Assembly (NCBI GenBank): GCA_963668315.1
Contig: OY764216.1
Coordinates: 4,352,001-4,416,000, forward strand
Source: Spirochaetia bacterium
GTDB taxonomy: Bacteria; Spirochaetota; Spirochaetia; DSM-2461
Direction: 5' to 3'
DNA length: 64,000 nucleotides
In this document: in pieces, positions 37,248-46,311 of the stretch
How positions within the stretch are numbered: the stretch's first letter is position 1
Layout of the letters: the number at the start of each line of letters is the position of its first letter
Notes under the pieces: generated by a model
The model's input: only the letters and a program-made list of their open reading frames with translations
Database searches by the model: none
Told to the model about the DNA's origin: nothing
Made by a program: the position numbers and the translations under genes

Positions 37248-38121
37248 ACATTCCTCCGGGAAGATAAATATCCAGAAGTGCGAAAAAAAGGAACAGGGGG
37301 GAAAGGATCTGATTCAGATGGTACGATGCCAGGGGGATCCACTTTATACTCCCCTTCCAGGCAAGAAGGTGTTCGGCCGCCAGAAGGAATCCGGCCAGAA
37401 TCAGCCCGGTCAGATACCATCCACGAAGGGGAAAGAAGAGGAAATTCATGGCCCAGAAAGAAAGCGTTCCCAGGTGGGACAGCCCCGCAATGACGAGGGC
37501 TCCCTTTTTTCCGAAGGCGGCGGGAACCGAATGGATGCCATGGGTTCTGTCATGCTCGATGTCCTGAAGGGCATAGATAATATCGAACCCGGCCACCCAG
37601 AGGGCGGCGCCGATGGTCAGGGGAAAATAACGGATTTCAAATCGTCCGCTCAGAGCCAGAAAGCTCCCCATGACGGCGGCCGACGTGGTCACCCCCAGCC
37701 AATAGTGGCATAAAAAGGTGAAACGCTTGGTAAAGGAGTAACCGAAGATCAGCACCAGAGCGGCGGGGACCAGGAGCAGACAGAGGGGATTCAGTTTCCA
37801 GGCAGCGAAGAGAAACAGGGCCAGACAGAAAAAGGAAAAGACCGACAGCTCCATCGGCTTGAGCCGTCCCGAAGGCAGGTCCCTTCCGGCGGTCCGCGGG
37901 TTTTCCCTGTCTATATGCCGGTCTATAATGCGGTTGAGGGCGTTTGCTCCGTTTCTGGCTCCGAATACGGCGACCAGTATCCAGAGGACTTTCATCAGAT
38001 CGGGTCTGCCTTTGCTTTCAAATAGAAAGGCGGCAACCGCCAGAGGCAGGGAAAAGAGTGTATGCTGTATCATCACCGCCGAGCCAATGAGAGAAGTTTT
38101 ATCCAGAATTTTCTTAATCAA
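37234..38121 (-). CDS. UbiA-like polyprenyltransferase (MqnP-type)
   Basis: IQHTLFSLP, NRIIDRHIDRENPRTAGR, YSFTKRF, WVAGFDIIYALQD. Confidence 0.88.
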   Translation of the reverse strand: MIKKILDKTSLIGSAVMIQHTLFSLPLAVAAFLFESKGRPDLMKVLWILVAVFGARNGANALNRIIDRHIDRENPRTAGRDLPSGRLKPMELSVFSFFCLALFLFAAWKLNPLCLLLVPAALVLIFGYSFTKRFTFLCHYWLGVTTSAAVMGSFLALSGRFEIRYFPLTIGAALWVAGFDIIYALQDIEHDRTHGIHSVPAAFGKKGALVIAGLSHLGTLSFWAMNFLFFPLRGWYLTGLILAGFLLAAEHLLAWKGSIKWIPLASYHLNQILSPLFLFFALLDIYLPGGMYGSL

Positions 38122-39562
38122 GGCCCAGCTCCCCCCAGATACGATCGATTTTCGCCTTGACCTCTCCGGTCATTTCGATATCCTCGGGCCACTCCCGGTG
38201 GTGGTTGTCCATGGGACCTTTCTTGGTGGCGTCGATTCCCATTCTCGTTCCGAAACGGGGCAGAGGCGAGGCGTGATCCAGCGCATCAAGAGGCCCCTGG
38301 GACAAAATCAAATCCCGGGAAGCGTCAATATTATTGAAGACTTTCCACATCACTTTGCCCACGTCCTGAACATCCACTTCCTTATCCACAACAATGATCA
38401 TTTTTGTATACATCATCTGCCCCAGACCCCAGAGAGAACTGAGTACCTTGTGTACATGACCGGGAAAGCGCTTTTCCATGGAAATGATGGCGCAGTTATG
38501 GAAGACCCCTTCCAGGGGCAGGTTAAGATCGACAATCTCGGGAACCATTTTCTTCAAAAGGGGAAGAAAAAGCCTTTCCGTCGCCTTGGCCATATAACAG
38601 TCCTCCATGGGAGGCTGCCCGACAATGGTGGCGAGAAAAACGGGATTTTTCCTGCGGGTGATACAGGTCACGTGAAAAACGGGGTAATCGTCCGCAAGAG
38701 AGTAATACCCCGTATGGTCCCCGAAAGGTCCTTCCCTGCGCAAAGGCTCGGAGGGATCGACATAACCTTCCAGAACAAATTCCGCCTGGGCGGGAACATG
38801 GAGATCACAGGTCACACACTTGACGGTTTCCACGGGCTTGCCCCGCAGATATCCGGCGAAAAAAAGCTCCGAGACACCTTCGGGAAGAGGAGCCGTAGCC
38901 GCATAGGTAACGGCCGGATCATCGCCCAGAGCCACAGCCACGGGCATCTTCTCGCCCCGGGCCTTATACTTCTGATAGAAGTGGGCTCCATCCTTGTGGA
39001 GGTGCCAGTGCATGCCGGTGGTCTTTTCATCAAAGACCTGCATCCGGTACATCCCCATGTTCTGTGCTCCCGTATCGGGGTCGCGGGTTATTACCAGAGG
39101 AAGGGTAAAGAAAGGTCCCCCGTCCCCGGGCCAGCAGGTCAGCACGGGCAGTTTGGATAGGTCCGGCTCTCTCTCCACCACTTCCTGGCAGGGAGCTTTG
39201 AGGACCTTGCTGGGCAGGAAAAGGCGCGCCCATTTCGCCTTGGAGAGGAAGCTGGGAATATCCAGCTTGACCGTCTGTGAAAAGGCCCAGTCGATCAGTT
39301 CCTCCAGCTCACGGGCCTTGGCATCAAGGGATTCGCTCCCCAATGCCAGAGCCATACGCTCGTAGCTCCCGAATCCATTGATAAAAACGGGAAAATCCGA
39401 TCCCTTCACATTCTCGAAGAGCAGAGCCGGACCGATTGCCTTACTTACCCGATCGGTAATTTCCGTAATCTCCAGACACGGATCCACTTCCCGGGAGATT
39501 CTCTTCAGCTCCCCCCGGGATTCCAGATTTTTTATGAAGGAACGCAGATTCTTATAAGCCAT
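38114..39562 (-). CDS. UbiD-family prFMN-dependent decarboxylase (menaquinone-biosynthesis MqnL type)
   Basis: CWPGDGGPFFTLP, NMGMYRMQ, GMHWHLHKDG, EGPFGDHTGYY, GQPPMED, LWGLGQM, GPLDALDH. Confidence 0.9.
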   Translation of the reverse strand: MAYKNLRSFIKNLESRGELKRISREVDPCLEITEITDRVSKAIGPALLFENVKGSDFPVFINGFGSYERMALALGSESLDAKARELEELIDWAFSQTVKLDIPSFLSKAKWARLFLPSKVLKAPCQEVVEREPDLSKLPVLTCWPGDGGPFFTLPLVITRDPDTGAQNMGMYRMQVFDEKTTGMHWHLHKDGAHFYQKYKARGEKMPVAVALGDDPAVTYAATAPLPEGVSELFFAGYLRGKPVETVKCVTCDLHVPAQAEFVLEGYVDPSEPLRREGPFGDHTGYYSLADDYPVFHVTCITRRKNPVFLATIVGQPPMEDCYMAKATERLFLPLLKKMVPEIVDLNLPLEGVFHNCAIISMEKRFPGHVHKVLSSLWGLGQMMYTKMIIVVDKEVDVQDVGKVMWKVFNNIDASRDLILSQGPLDALDHASPLPRFGTRMGIDATKKGPMDNHHREWPEDIEMTGEVKAKIDRIWGELGLD

Positions 39563-39563
39563 T

Positions 39564-40418
39564 TCAGCGGACCACTATGTCTTCGAGAGTAAAATCGATG
39601 GCCACACCGTACTTGTTTTCATACCACCCTTTAACCGATTGAAAGTTCTCTTCCGTAGGAAGGGTGATCCCGTCAAATTCGGGCATGGGGAAGTCCTGGG
39701 CTTCGGGAAGCCGAATCTGTTCCAGAAGCATCCCATGATATTCGCCCGGATTATCATTGATCTCCTTCACGGTTCTGTTCCAGGATTCGGTCAGGACTTT
39801 CATCATCCCGCTGTTCTTTTCCAGATAGGAACCGGAAAAGGCCAGAATGGTAGGGGTAATGGTCGTATCCGCCTGATCACGGAGTATCTGAAATCCCTGG
39901 TTCAGAAGGGGCCAGGCCATTCCATCGGTCAGACAGGCCATGGGAAGCTGTCCCGTCCTGAGCATTTCCATACGCACGGGAACCTGGGGAATGGGATTTT
40001 TAATTATATTCTCCCCTTCCAGCAGGGTGTCCACCATATATTCGATAACCGTATTTTCCGATATCCCCACTTCGTAGGTATCACCTGAAAAGTCAGGCTG
40101 GGCGACAAGGAGGAAGCGGCATTCGGTAAGGGTTAAAATCTTCATTTCCTGTCCGTTGCGCTGGAAATGAAAAAGACCGACCATATCGCCGGAAATACCA
40201 TCCAGTTCACCGGCCATCAATGCCGCATCCCGTTCTTTGGCACTCATAAAGGGCACAACTTCCACTTCATCCATTAAAAGAAGGGGAAGATTACCCGGAT
40301 CGGGCATGACGCCGATTCTTACCTTTCTCGGGGAGGAATCGGCCTCTTTCTTTCCTTCTCCGGAAAGGCTGAAGAGAGCGAGGACGGCAGCAATAAGCAA
40401 ACAAATTCTTTTGATCAT
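39564..40418 (-). CDS. ABC transporter substrate-binding protein (NlpA/SsuA-like)
   Basis: Signal peptide, RIGVMPD, FMSAKERDAALMAGELDG, GISENTVIEY, IPQVPVRMEML. First gene of the operon. Confidence 0.82.
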   Translation of the reverse strand: MIKRICLLIAAVLALFSLSGEGKKEADSSPRKVRIGVMPDPGNLPLLLMDEVEVVPFMSAKERDAALMAGELDGISGDMVGLFHFQRNGQEMKILTLTECRFLLVAQPDFSGDTYEVGISENTVIEYMVDTLLEGENIIKNPIPQVPVRMEMLRTGQLPMACLTDGMAWPLLNQGFQILRDQADTTITPTILAFSGSYLEKNSGMMKVLTESWNRTVKEINDNPGEYHGMLLEQIRLPEAQDFPMPEFDGITLPTEENFQSVKGWYENKYGVAIDFTLEDIVVR

Positions 40419-40559
40419 AGAAAATCCTTATTTTTTCTCGTGTTTTTACAATTTTGTTTGATTATAGAGAAAAATGACAAAAAAAATAAGGGAAAAGAGA
40501 GGGGGACCCTAAAAAAAATCCTGATCCCCTTCAACCATTTTTTTCTTCAGCTGAAATAA

Positions 40560-40844
40560 TTAATAGTAATCCCGGGTCCGGCTGAATGTATAGAATAACT
40601 GAAGGAAGAGGAAGGAAAAAAAGAGAGCCGAGCCGATAAGAATCCACAAGGAACTTACAGGCAAATCACTGAGAAAAAAGGAGCCGACCAGACTGCCTCC
40701 GAACGAACCGACCAGAGATACGGCCAGGGGCGGTATGACCCGGCCGGGAAAATCCCTTTTCATAATAAAAATCTGAAAAAAGGCCGTTCCGGTGCCAATA
40801 AAAATGAAAAGAAAAAAATCCGTTATTAAATCCATGCTTATCAT
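40560..40844 (-). CDS. Small membrane protein (3 TM; GlsB/YeaQ-like)
   Basis: Hydrophobic, with VGSFGGSLVG glycine pattern; SD AAGGAG. Confidence 0.65.
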   Translation of the reverse strand: MISMDLITDFFLFIFIGTGTAFFQIFIMKRDFPGRVIPPLAVSLVGSFGGSLVGSFFLSDLPVSSLWILIGSALFFSFLFLQLFYTFSRTRDYY

Positions 40845-40860
40845 GTCATCCGCTCCTTTA

Positions 40861-41649
40861 TCATTGGGGAACCCAATACGCGGGATTTATGGTTACATTT
40901 CCCAGATAGACGGGAATGCTCTCGATCGAGGAGGCAGAGGTGGAAACCCCCTGGGAAAAAGCGGCTACGGCCACCACAAGGGATTGCTGGTCGTAGTTCT
41001 CATAACCGTAGTAAAACCGGCTGCTCTTTAGAAACAAGTCGTAGACATCCGAATCTATGCCGTCGGAATCACTGCTAATCGTTACACTATTATTATAGGC
41101 CTGGTAGCTTTCGTCATCCTTAAAGTCATATTCAGCAGAAAGAAAGCCTATCCCTCTTACATCATCATCGACAGTAGTGCCGCTGGAATCAAGTTCAATG
41201 GCCCGCCTGTATAAAACAGATGTGTTATTGGCTCCGCTCACCTGAAGCTCCTGGTCTTCCAGGTTGAAGTCCAAAGTAACCGTGGATGAAGCATTGACAG
41301 TCGGATCGGTAGTCGAATCGGGATAATTGCCGTTTACCTCTGTATCATCGGTATTCTTCATTTGAACAAACCCCAGTTTCTTCAATGTATCAAACCCGAT
41401 TTCCACCTCGTCTTCATCATTAATCTTTGACCGGTCGCTGCTGATGAGGGACGTCTCATTGGCCCAGTAAAGCTTATAAGCCAGGACGTAATTGTCGGTA
41501 TCCGTATCCGGTTCAAAGGCCAGAGTGTAGTCGGTACCGTCGGAATCCACGACTTTGGGAGGATTGAGTACTTCATAACTGGGTAGACCGCAGGAAAGAA
41601 ACGGCAGGCTAAGCACCGCTGCGGCGAGAATCTGTTTCCATTGACCCAT
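40861..41649 (-). CDS. Hypothetical acidic lipoprotein
   Basis: Lipobox FLSC followed by GLP...LNPP; Asp/Ser/Thr-rich. Start overlaps the cyclase stop. Confidence 0.8.
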   Translation of the reverse strand: MGQWKQILAAAVLSLPFLSCGLPSYEVLNPPKVVDSDGTDYTLAFEPDTDTDNYVLAYKLYWANETSLISSDRSKINDEDEVEIGFDTLKKLGFVQMKNTDDTEVNGNYPDSTTDPTVNASSTVTLDFNLEDQELQVSGANNTSVLYRRAIELDSSGTTVDDDVRGIGFLSAEYDFKDDESYQAYNNSVTISSDSDGIDSDVYDLFLKSSRFYYGYENYDQQSLVVAVAAFSQGVSTSASSIESIPVYLGNVTINPAYWVPQ

Positions 41650-44081
41650 TAAGCCCGCTTCATTCCTTTTTTATTATTCCCGGAGAACTCAACTTTCAGG
41701 TCTCCGTCATAGCCGACCAGCTCGTAAATCCTGACGGGCTTCAGTTTTCCTTTAACACGGATGTCATCCAGCTCACGGGTTATGAATTTCTCATCTCCGG
41801 CGATGGCATCCTTCGTACTCTGGCTAATCACGATTCTCGTCCGGTACTGCTTGTTAATACCTTCCAGACGGGAGGCCAGGTTGACATTGTCCCCCATAAC
41901 CGTGAAGTTCATACGCCCCTGGCTTCCCATGTTGCCTACCGTGCCGATACCGGAATTCATACCTATCCCGATATTGATCTTCCGATTCGGTTCGGCCTTC
42001 TCGTTCATCAGTTCCAAAAGCTCCATCTGACGCAGGGCGCTTTTACAGGCCAGTTCGGCATGATTTTCCTGGGGAAGCGGAGCCCCCCAGAACCCCATGA
42101 TGGCGTCCCCTATGTATTTGTCCAGAGTACCGTTGTAATCGATCAGACAGTCAGTCATGGTGGTCAGATAATTGTTCAGAAGTTCTACAAGCTCCTGGGG
42201 CGACATAGATTCGGACAGGGTGGTAAAACTCCGTATATCGGAGAAGAAGATGGTAATGTCCATGTCGACTCCGCCCAGTTCAGGGGGATTTGTCATCATC
42301 TGTTCGACAACGGCGGGGCTGACGTACTTCCCGAACATATCCTTGATGCGTTTTTTATCGCTTTCACCGGCGACAACACGGTAGACGATAATGATGACAT
42401 AGGTGATCAGCATTCCCATGACGGGAGTGGCAAAATTTACGAGGATGTTTCTGTTCTCAAAAAAGAAAATATTGGCGAACCAGAAATAGGCCGCCGTCAC
42501 GATCAGAGTAATGAGGAAGGAGACAAGGGTATTGATTCTTGATGAAAAAAAGGAGATCAGCAGAATCAGTCCCAGAAGTATGATGACATTGACCCAGCCC
42601 GGAACGGGTACTAGGAAATTATCCATGAGAATGGTATTCAGGGCGTTGGCATGAACCTCGACTCCATACATGAGCCCGAAGGGCGTTGTCTTCTCATCGG
42701 TTCCCTGGAAAAATCCGCCCACCATAAGGATCTTGTTTCCGACGGCCTTAGTCCTGGGCCACTGTTCCGGATTTTCTCCGGGGACCCGGCGTGCATAGGC
42801 GGAATAGGAGCGGATGGGAAAGGTCTGATATCCCCCTCTGCCGGGATTGGAACGGGCGCCCATGAAATTAATCATCATCTGCCCTTTTTCATCAATGGGG
42901 ATTCTGATTTCCGGAACATCCCTGTATGTGGCCTCCTTAACGACATTTCCTTCGCCGTCATATTCGGGATAGGCTGTCATGATCCTGTAGGATTCAAGCT
43001 CCTCCGTTTCAGTGTTCAGAACGAGGGGCTTGGGAAAAAGGATGTATTTACCCAGCTCGATCTGAATATCCTCCAGGGGGGTATGAAAATAGTTTGCCGC
43101 CAGGGAGAGGGTGATGGAAGGGATAAAGGTGTCTTTATACCGCTTGAGTTCGTAATACCGGTTATCGGGAGTGCCGTCACCATTGGTATCTTCCGAGCGG
43201 GAGGGTGCCCGGCTTTCCATTTCCTTTCTCAAATTATCGATGATTCCCCGGGTGAGGGGCATCTCCACATCGATCCATTCTCCATCCCGAGTCTGCCACG
43301 CGAGCCTCTCACCGGAAAGGAGCCCTTCGGCAGGATCAAGATGATCAAGCCTGATCGTCCCCATATCGGTGCTTAAACGGGCGACCATCTGCTGGTTGCG
43401 GAAAACCTTATCCCACTCGGCGCCGAAATTGGCATGACCATAACCTTTAACAGCCTGTCCATAGGGAATAAGAGGCGTTTCTGCGCTGTAATAGGTGAAC
43501 AGCTGTGAAACATCCCCCGAAACACGGGTCAGCTGACCGCCCGATTCGAAGAGGGCGTTCATCCGCTCGTTGCCGTCCTTCAGGGCATAGCTCGGAGGAT
43601 TGACATCAAGTATGGTTTCCAGAAAAACCGTACCGCTCTCCTCCATGGTTTTCACCAGAAGCTGGTCACGGGATTCATCCGTATCGGGATCGGAAAAGAA
43701 AATATCCAGGAAAAGAGCACTTTCTCTTTCATTCTGGTTTTTTATACGGGAAAATGAGTTGATCAGGTTGGCGTGAATATCACGGGAGAAGGGCCATCGC
43801 CCGAAGGTATCGAGAGAAGGCACATCGATACCCACAATGACGATGTCCTGGGAAATTTTCAGATCCTGGGCTTCTTCGATGACACCGGTCTCGACGATTT
43901 CCCTGTCCTTACGGACTTTCAGCTGAAAATGGACATCGATGACGTTCTTTTCCAGGCGGGAAAAGACGTCGGTCACCGAGGAGAACAAATAGATGATGAT
44001 GAAGACAACCAATCCAAGGAAAAAAGAAAATACCCTGGGATCCAGCCATTTGTGAATTGACCTGTCCTTCGATGCACCCAT
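41649..44081 (-). CDS. CHASE2-domain class III adenylate cyclase
   Basis: CHASE2 motifs (IVIVGID, GRWPFSR, DIFF, GVEVHANALNTIL), 3 TM, cyclase motifs FSDIRSFT, DKYIGDAIM, NFTVMGDNVNLASRLE, VKGK. Confidence 0.93.
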   Translation of the reverse strand: MGASKDRSIHKWLDPRVFSFFLGLVVFIIIYLFSSVTDVFSRLEKNVIDVHFQLKVRKDREIVETGVIEEAQDLKISQDIVIVGIDVPSLDTFGRWPFSRDIHANLINSFSRIKNQNERESALFLDIFFSDPDTDESRDQLLVKTMEESGTVFLETILDVNPPSYALKDGNERMNALFESGGQLTRVSGDVSQLFTYYSAETPLIPYGQAVKGYGHANFGAEWDKVFRNQQMVARLSTDMGTIRLDHLDPAEGLLSGERLAWQTRDGEWIDVEMPLTRGIIDNLRKEMESRAPSRSEDTNGDGTPDNRYYELKRYKDTFIPSITLSLAANYFHTPLEDIQIELGKYILFPKPLVLNTETEELESYRIMTAYPEYDGEGNVVKEATYRDVPEIRIPIDEKGQMMINFMGARSNPGRGGYQTFPIRSYSAYARRVPGENPEQWPRTKAVGNKILMVGGFFQGTDEKTTPFGLMYGVEVHANALNTILMDNFLVPVPGWVNVIILLGLILLISFFSSRINTLVSFLITLIVTAAYFWFANIFFFENRNILVNFATPVMGMLITYVIIIVYRVVAGESDKKRIKDMFGKYVSPAVVEQMMTNPPELGGVDMDITIFFSDIRSFTTLSESMSPQELVELLNNYLTTMTDCLIDYNGTLDKYIGDAIMGFWGAPLPQENHAELACKSALRQMELLELMNEKAEPNRKINIGIGMNSGIGTVGNMGSQGRMNFTVMGDNVNLASRLEGINKQYRTRIVISQSTKDAIAGDEKFITRELDDIRVKGKLKPVRIYELVGYDGDLKVEFSGNNKKGMKRA

Positions 44082-44109
44082 AATGTCACCTCCCCGGCGA
44101 TATAAAACT

Positions 44110-44769
44110 TTAGTTCATTAACAATATACGCGTTTTTGCAATATTTTTCCAATCGGAGGAGTCATAATCGGCAATAAGGGCTTCATAATACTCCTTTGCC
44201 TTGGCGGAGTCGCCACCCTCTTCCGCCAGTCGTCCCAGATTAAAAAGAGCTTCGGCCGCTTCGGGTGCCTCATCGCTGAAGCCATCCACCAGTTCCTGAT
44301 AATAGCGGGCGGCGTCTTCCGACTTCCCCGCCTCATCCAGAGTGGAAGCTCCGTTGAACAGAGCGACAGGGGCAAGGTAGCTTTCGGGATAATCATGTGC
44401 CAGGAGAATAAAATCGGCCGATGCCTCATCCCACATTTCCTTGTTGATGTAATACTGTCCCCTCATGAAAAGGGCTCTTTGACCGGCATAGGAAGAACCG
44501 CTTTTTGAGAGCACCTGAGAAGCCAGAGCCAGGAATTCCTCCTCCTTGGCGGATTTATCCTCATCGGAGGCATACATCCAATCGGAGAACAGTTCGTCCA
44601 GCTGTTCAGCTGTCTGAGCGTCTTTTTCGGCCAATTTATCACTGACCGGTGCCCATACGGCGGCGGTTATAATGATAACTACAACAACGGCCAGCGCTGT
44701 AATGACCAGAGCTCTTCTTTCGGTTAAGAAAATAGACAGCCTATCTGCCATATTCAGTTTATCGCTCAC
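44110..44769 (-). CDS. Membrane-anchored tetratricopeptide-repeat protein (YfgM-like)
   Basis: N-terminal TM, then TPR helices (YPESYLAPVALFNGA, AEALFNLGRL). Confidence 0.82.
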   Translation of the reverse strand: MSDKLNMADRLSIFLTERRALVITALAVVVVIIITAAVWAPVSDKLAEKDAQTAEQLDELFSDWMYASDEDKSAKEEEFLALASQVLSKSGSSYAGQRALFMRGQYYINKEMWDEASADFILLAHDYPESYLAPVALFNGASTLDEAGKSEDAARYYQELVDGFSDEAPEAAEALFNLGRLAEEGGDSAKAKEYYEALIADYDSSDWKNIAKTRILLMN

Positions 44770-44771
44770 AA

Positions 44772-46301
44772 TTAACTCCCCTTGACTATATTCAATTCTT
44801 TAATCAGCCGTGACAGATACGTCCGCTGGATCCCCAGCTTACGGGCCGTTTCAGTCTGATTCCCCTTATTGCGTTTCAGGGCGGCTTCAACAAATCCTCT
44901 TTTAAAGAGCTGCAGACCCTCTTTCAAGGTAAGGTCTTTTCCCTTTTCTCCGTCAATATCGGAAAGAGTATCCCCCCTGTCGGGCAGGTGAAGATCTTCC
45001 GTATTCACTTCTGAATCCTCCCCCATAAGAACAACCCTTTCCATAACATTCATCAGCTCACGGATATTTCCGGGCCAGCCGTACTCATAGACCGCTTCCA
45101 CAGCGGCGGGAGTCAGCGTTCTTTCCGGCCTGTTATGCTTCCGGGCGAAAACATTCAGAAAATGATCCGCGAGAAGCATGATATCCTCTCCCCTTTCCCT
45201 CAACGGAGGAAGGTATACGGGAAGTACATTTATCCTGAAGTAGAGATCCTCGCGGAACTCCCCCTCCCGGATAGCTTTCTCAAGATCCCTGTTAGTGGCG
45301 GCAATAACACGCACGTCGCAGGGTATCGGTTCAACCGATCCGACTCTTTCAATACTCCGTGACTGAAGAGCCCTGAGCAGCTTGGTCTGAAGATGAATGG
45401 GAATCTCACCAATCTCATCGAGAAAGATGGTACCTCCCGAAGCGACTTCAAACCGCCCTCTCCGGATCTTATCGGCACCGGTGAAGGCGCCCCTCTCATG
45501 GCCGAAAAGCTCCGATTCTATCAGATCTTCCGGCAGGGCGGCACAGTTGACAGCCACGAAAGGACCGCCTGAACGCTCCCCCCGGGCATGTATCATCTCG
45601 GCGATAAGCTCCTTCCCCGTACCGCTCTCCCCCGTAATCAGTACCGGACTGAAAACCGGAGCGATTCTGTCTATCTGAGCGACAATGCCGTTCATGACCG
45701 ACCGGGAGGAATAAATCAGCTTATTACGGCCTTTCCCCATGGCTTCTTCACCGCGTATACTCCGCAAGGAAGCATACTCACCGGCATTAAGAATGGCAAG
45801 GGCCGCCTGGGTGGCGAAGTAATTCAGCCATTCCAGATCGTCCTCGGAAAAACGGCGGTTCAGCTGATTGAGAATCACCTCCATGACGCCCAGGCATTTG
45901 CCGTACCCGATGAGCGGTGCAGCGGCAATGGCTCTGGTATGGTAACCGCTTTTCTTATCAATAGTCGGTGAAAATCTTTCGTCCTTCTCCACGTCATTGA
46001 CGATAAGGGATTTTTTCCTCTGAAAAACCCATCCGGCGATACCTTCGTCCGCCGATATGGAAAGATTCCTTATCGTTGAGCTTTTGCTGCCCAGAACAAC
46101 CTGAAAAAAGAGGGATTCATCTCTCTCGTCAACTAAAAGAAGGGAGGCAGAATCACCTCCCAACACTTCCGAAGCAACTCCTACAATATGAGATAGGAGC
46201 TGCTGGATGCTCTGATCGCCTGAGCAGATCAGAGCATTTATTTCCGTGAGCTTATTGAAACGTCCCTCTCGAACAGTAGATTCGACCTGGTCCGCAGGCA
46301 T
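44772..46301 (-). CDS. GAF-domain sigma54-dependent enhancer-binding protein (Fis HTH)
   Basis: GAF domain, GESGTGKE, ESELFGHERGAFTGA, FLDEIGE, FREDLYFR, WPGNIREL, C-terminal HTH. Confidence 0.94.
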   Translation of the reverse strand: MPADQVESTVREGRFNKLTEINALICSGDQSIQQLLSHIVGVASEVLGGDSASLLLVDERDESLFFQVVLGSKSSTIRNLSISADEGIAGWVFQRKKSLIVNDVEKDERFSPTIDKKSGYHTRAIAAAPLIGYGKCLGVMEVILNQLNRRFSEDDLEWLNYFATQAALAILNAGEYASLRSIRGEEAMGKGRNKLIYSSRSVMNGIVAQIDRIAPVFSPVLITGESGTGKELIAEMIHARGERSGGPFVAVNCAALPEDLIESELFGHERGAFTGADKIRRGRFEVASGGTIFLDEIGEIPIHLQTKLLRALQSRSIERVGSVEPIPCDVRVIAATNRDLEKAIREGEFREDLYFRINVLPVYLPPLRERGEDIMLLADHFLNVFARKHNRPERTLTPAAVEAVYEYGWPGNIRELMNVMERVVLMGEDSEVNTEDLHLPDRGDTLSDIDGEKGKDLTLKEGLQLFKRGFVEAALKRNKGNQTETARKLGIQRTYLSRLIKELNIVKGS

Positions 46302-46311
46302 AGGCTCTACT

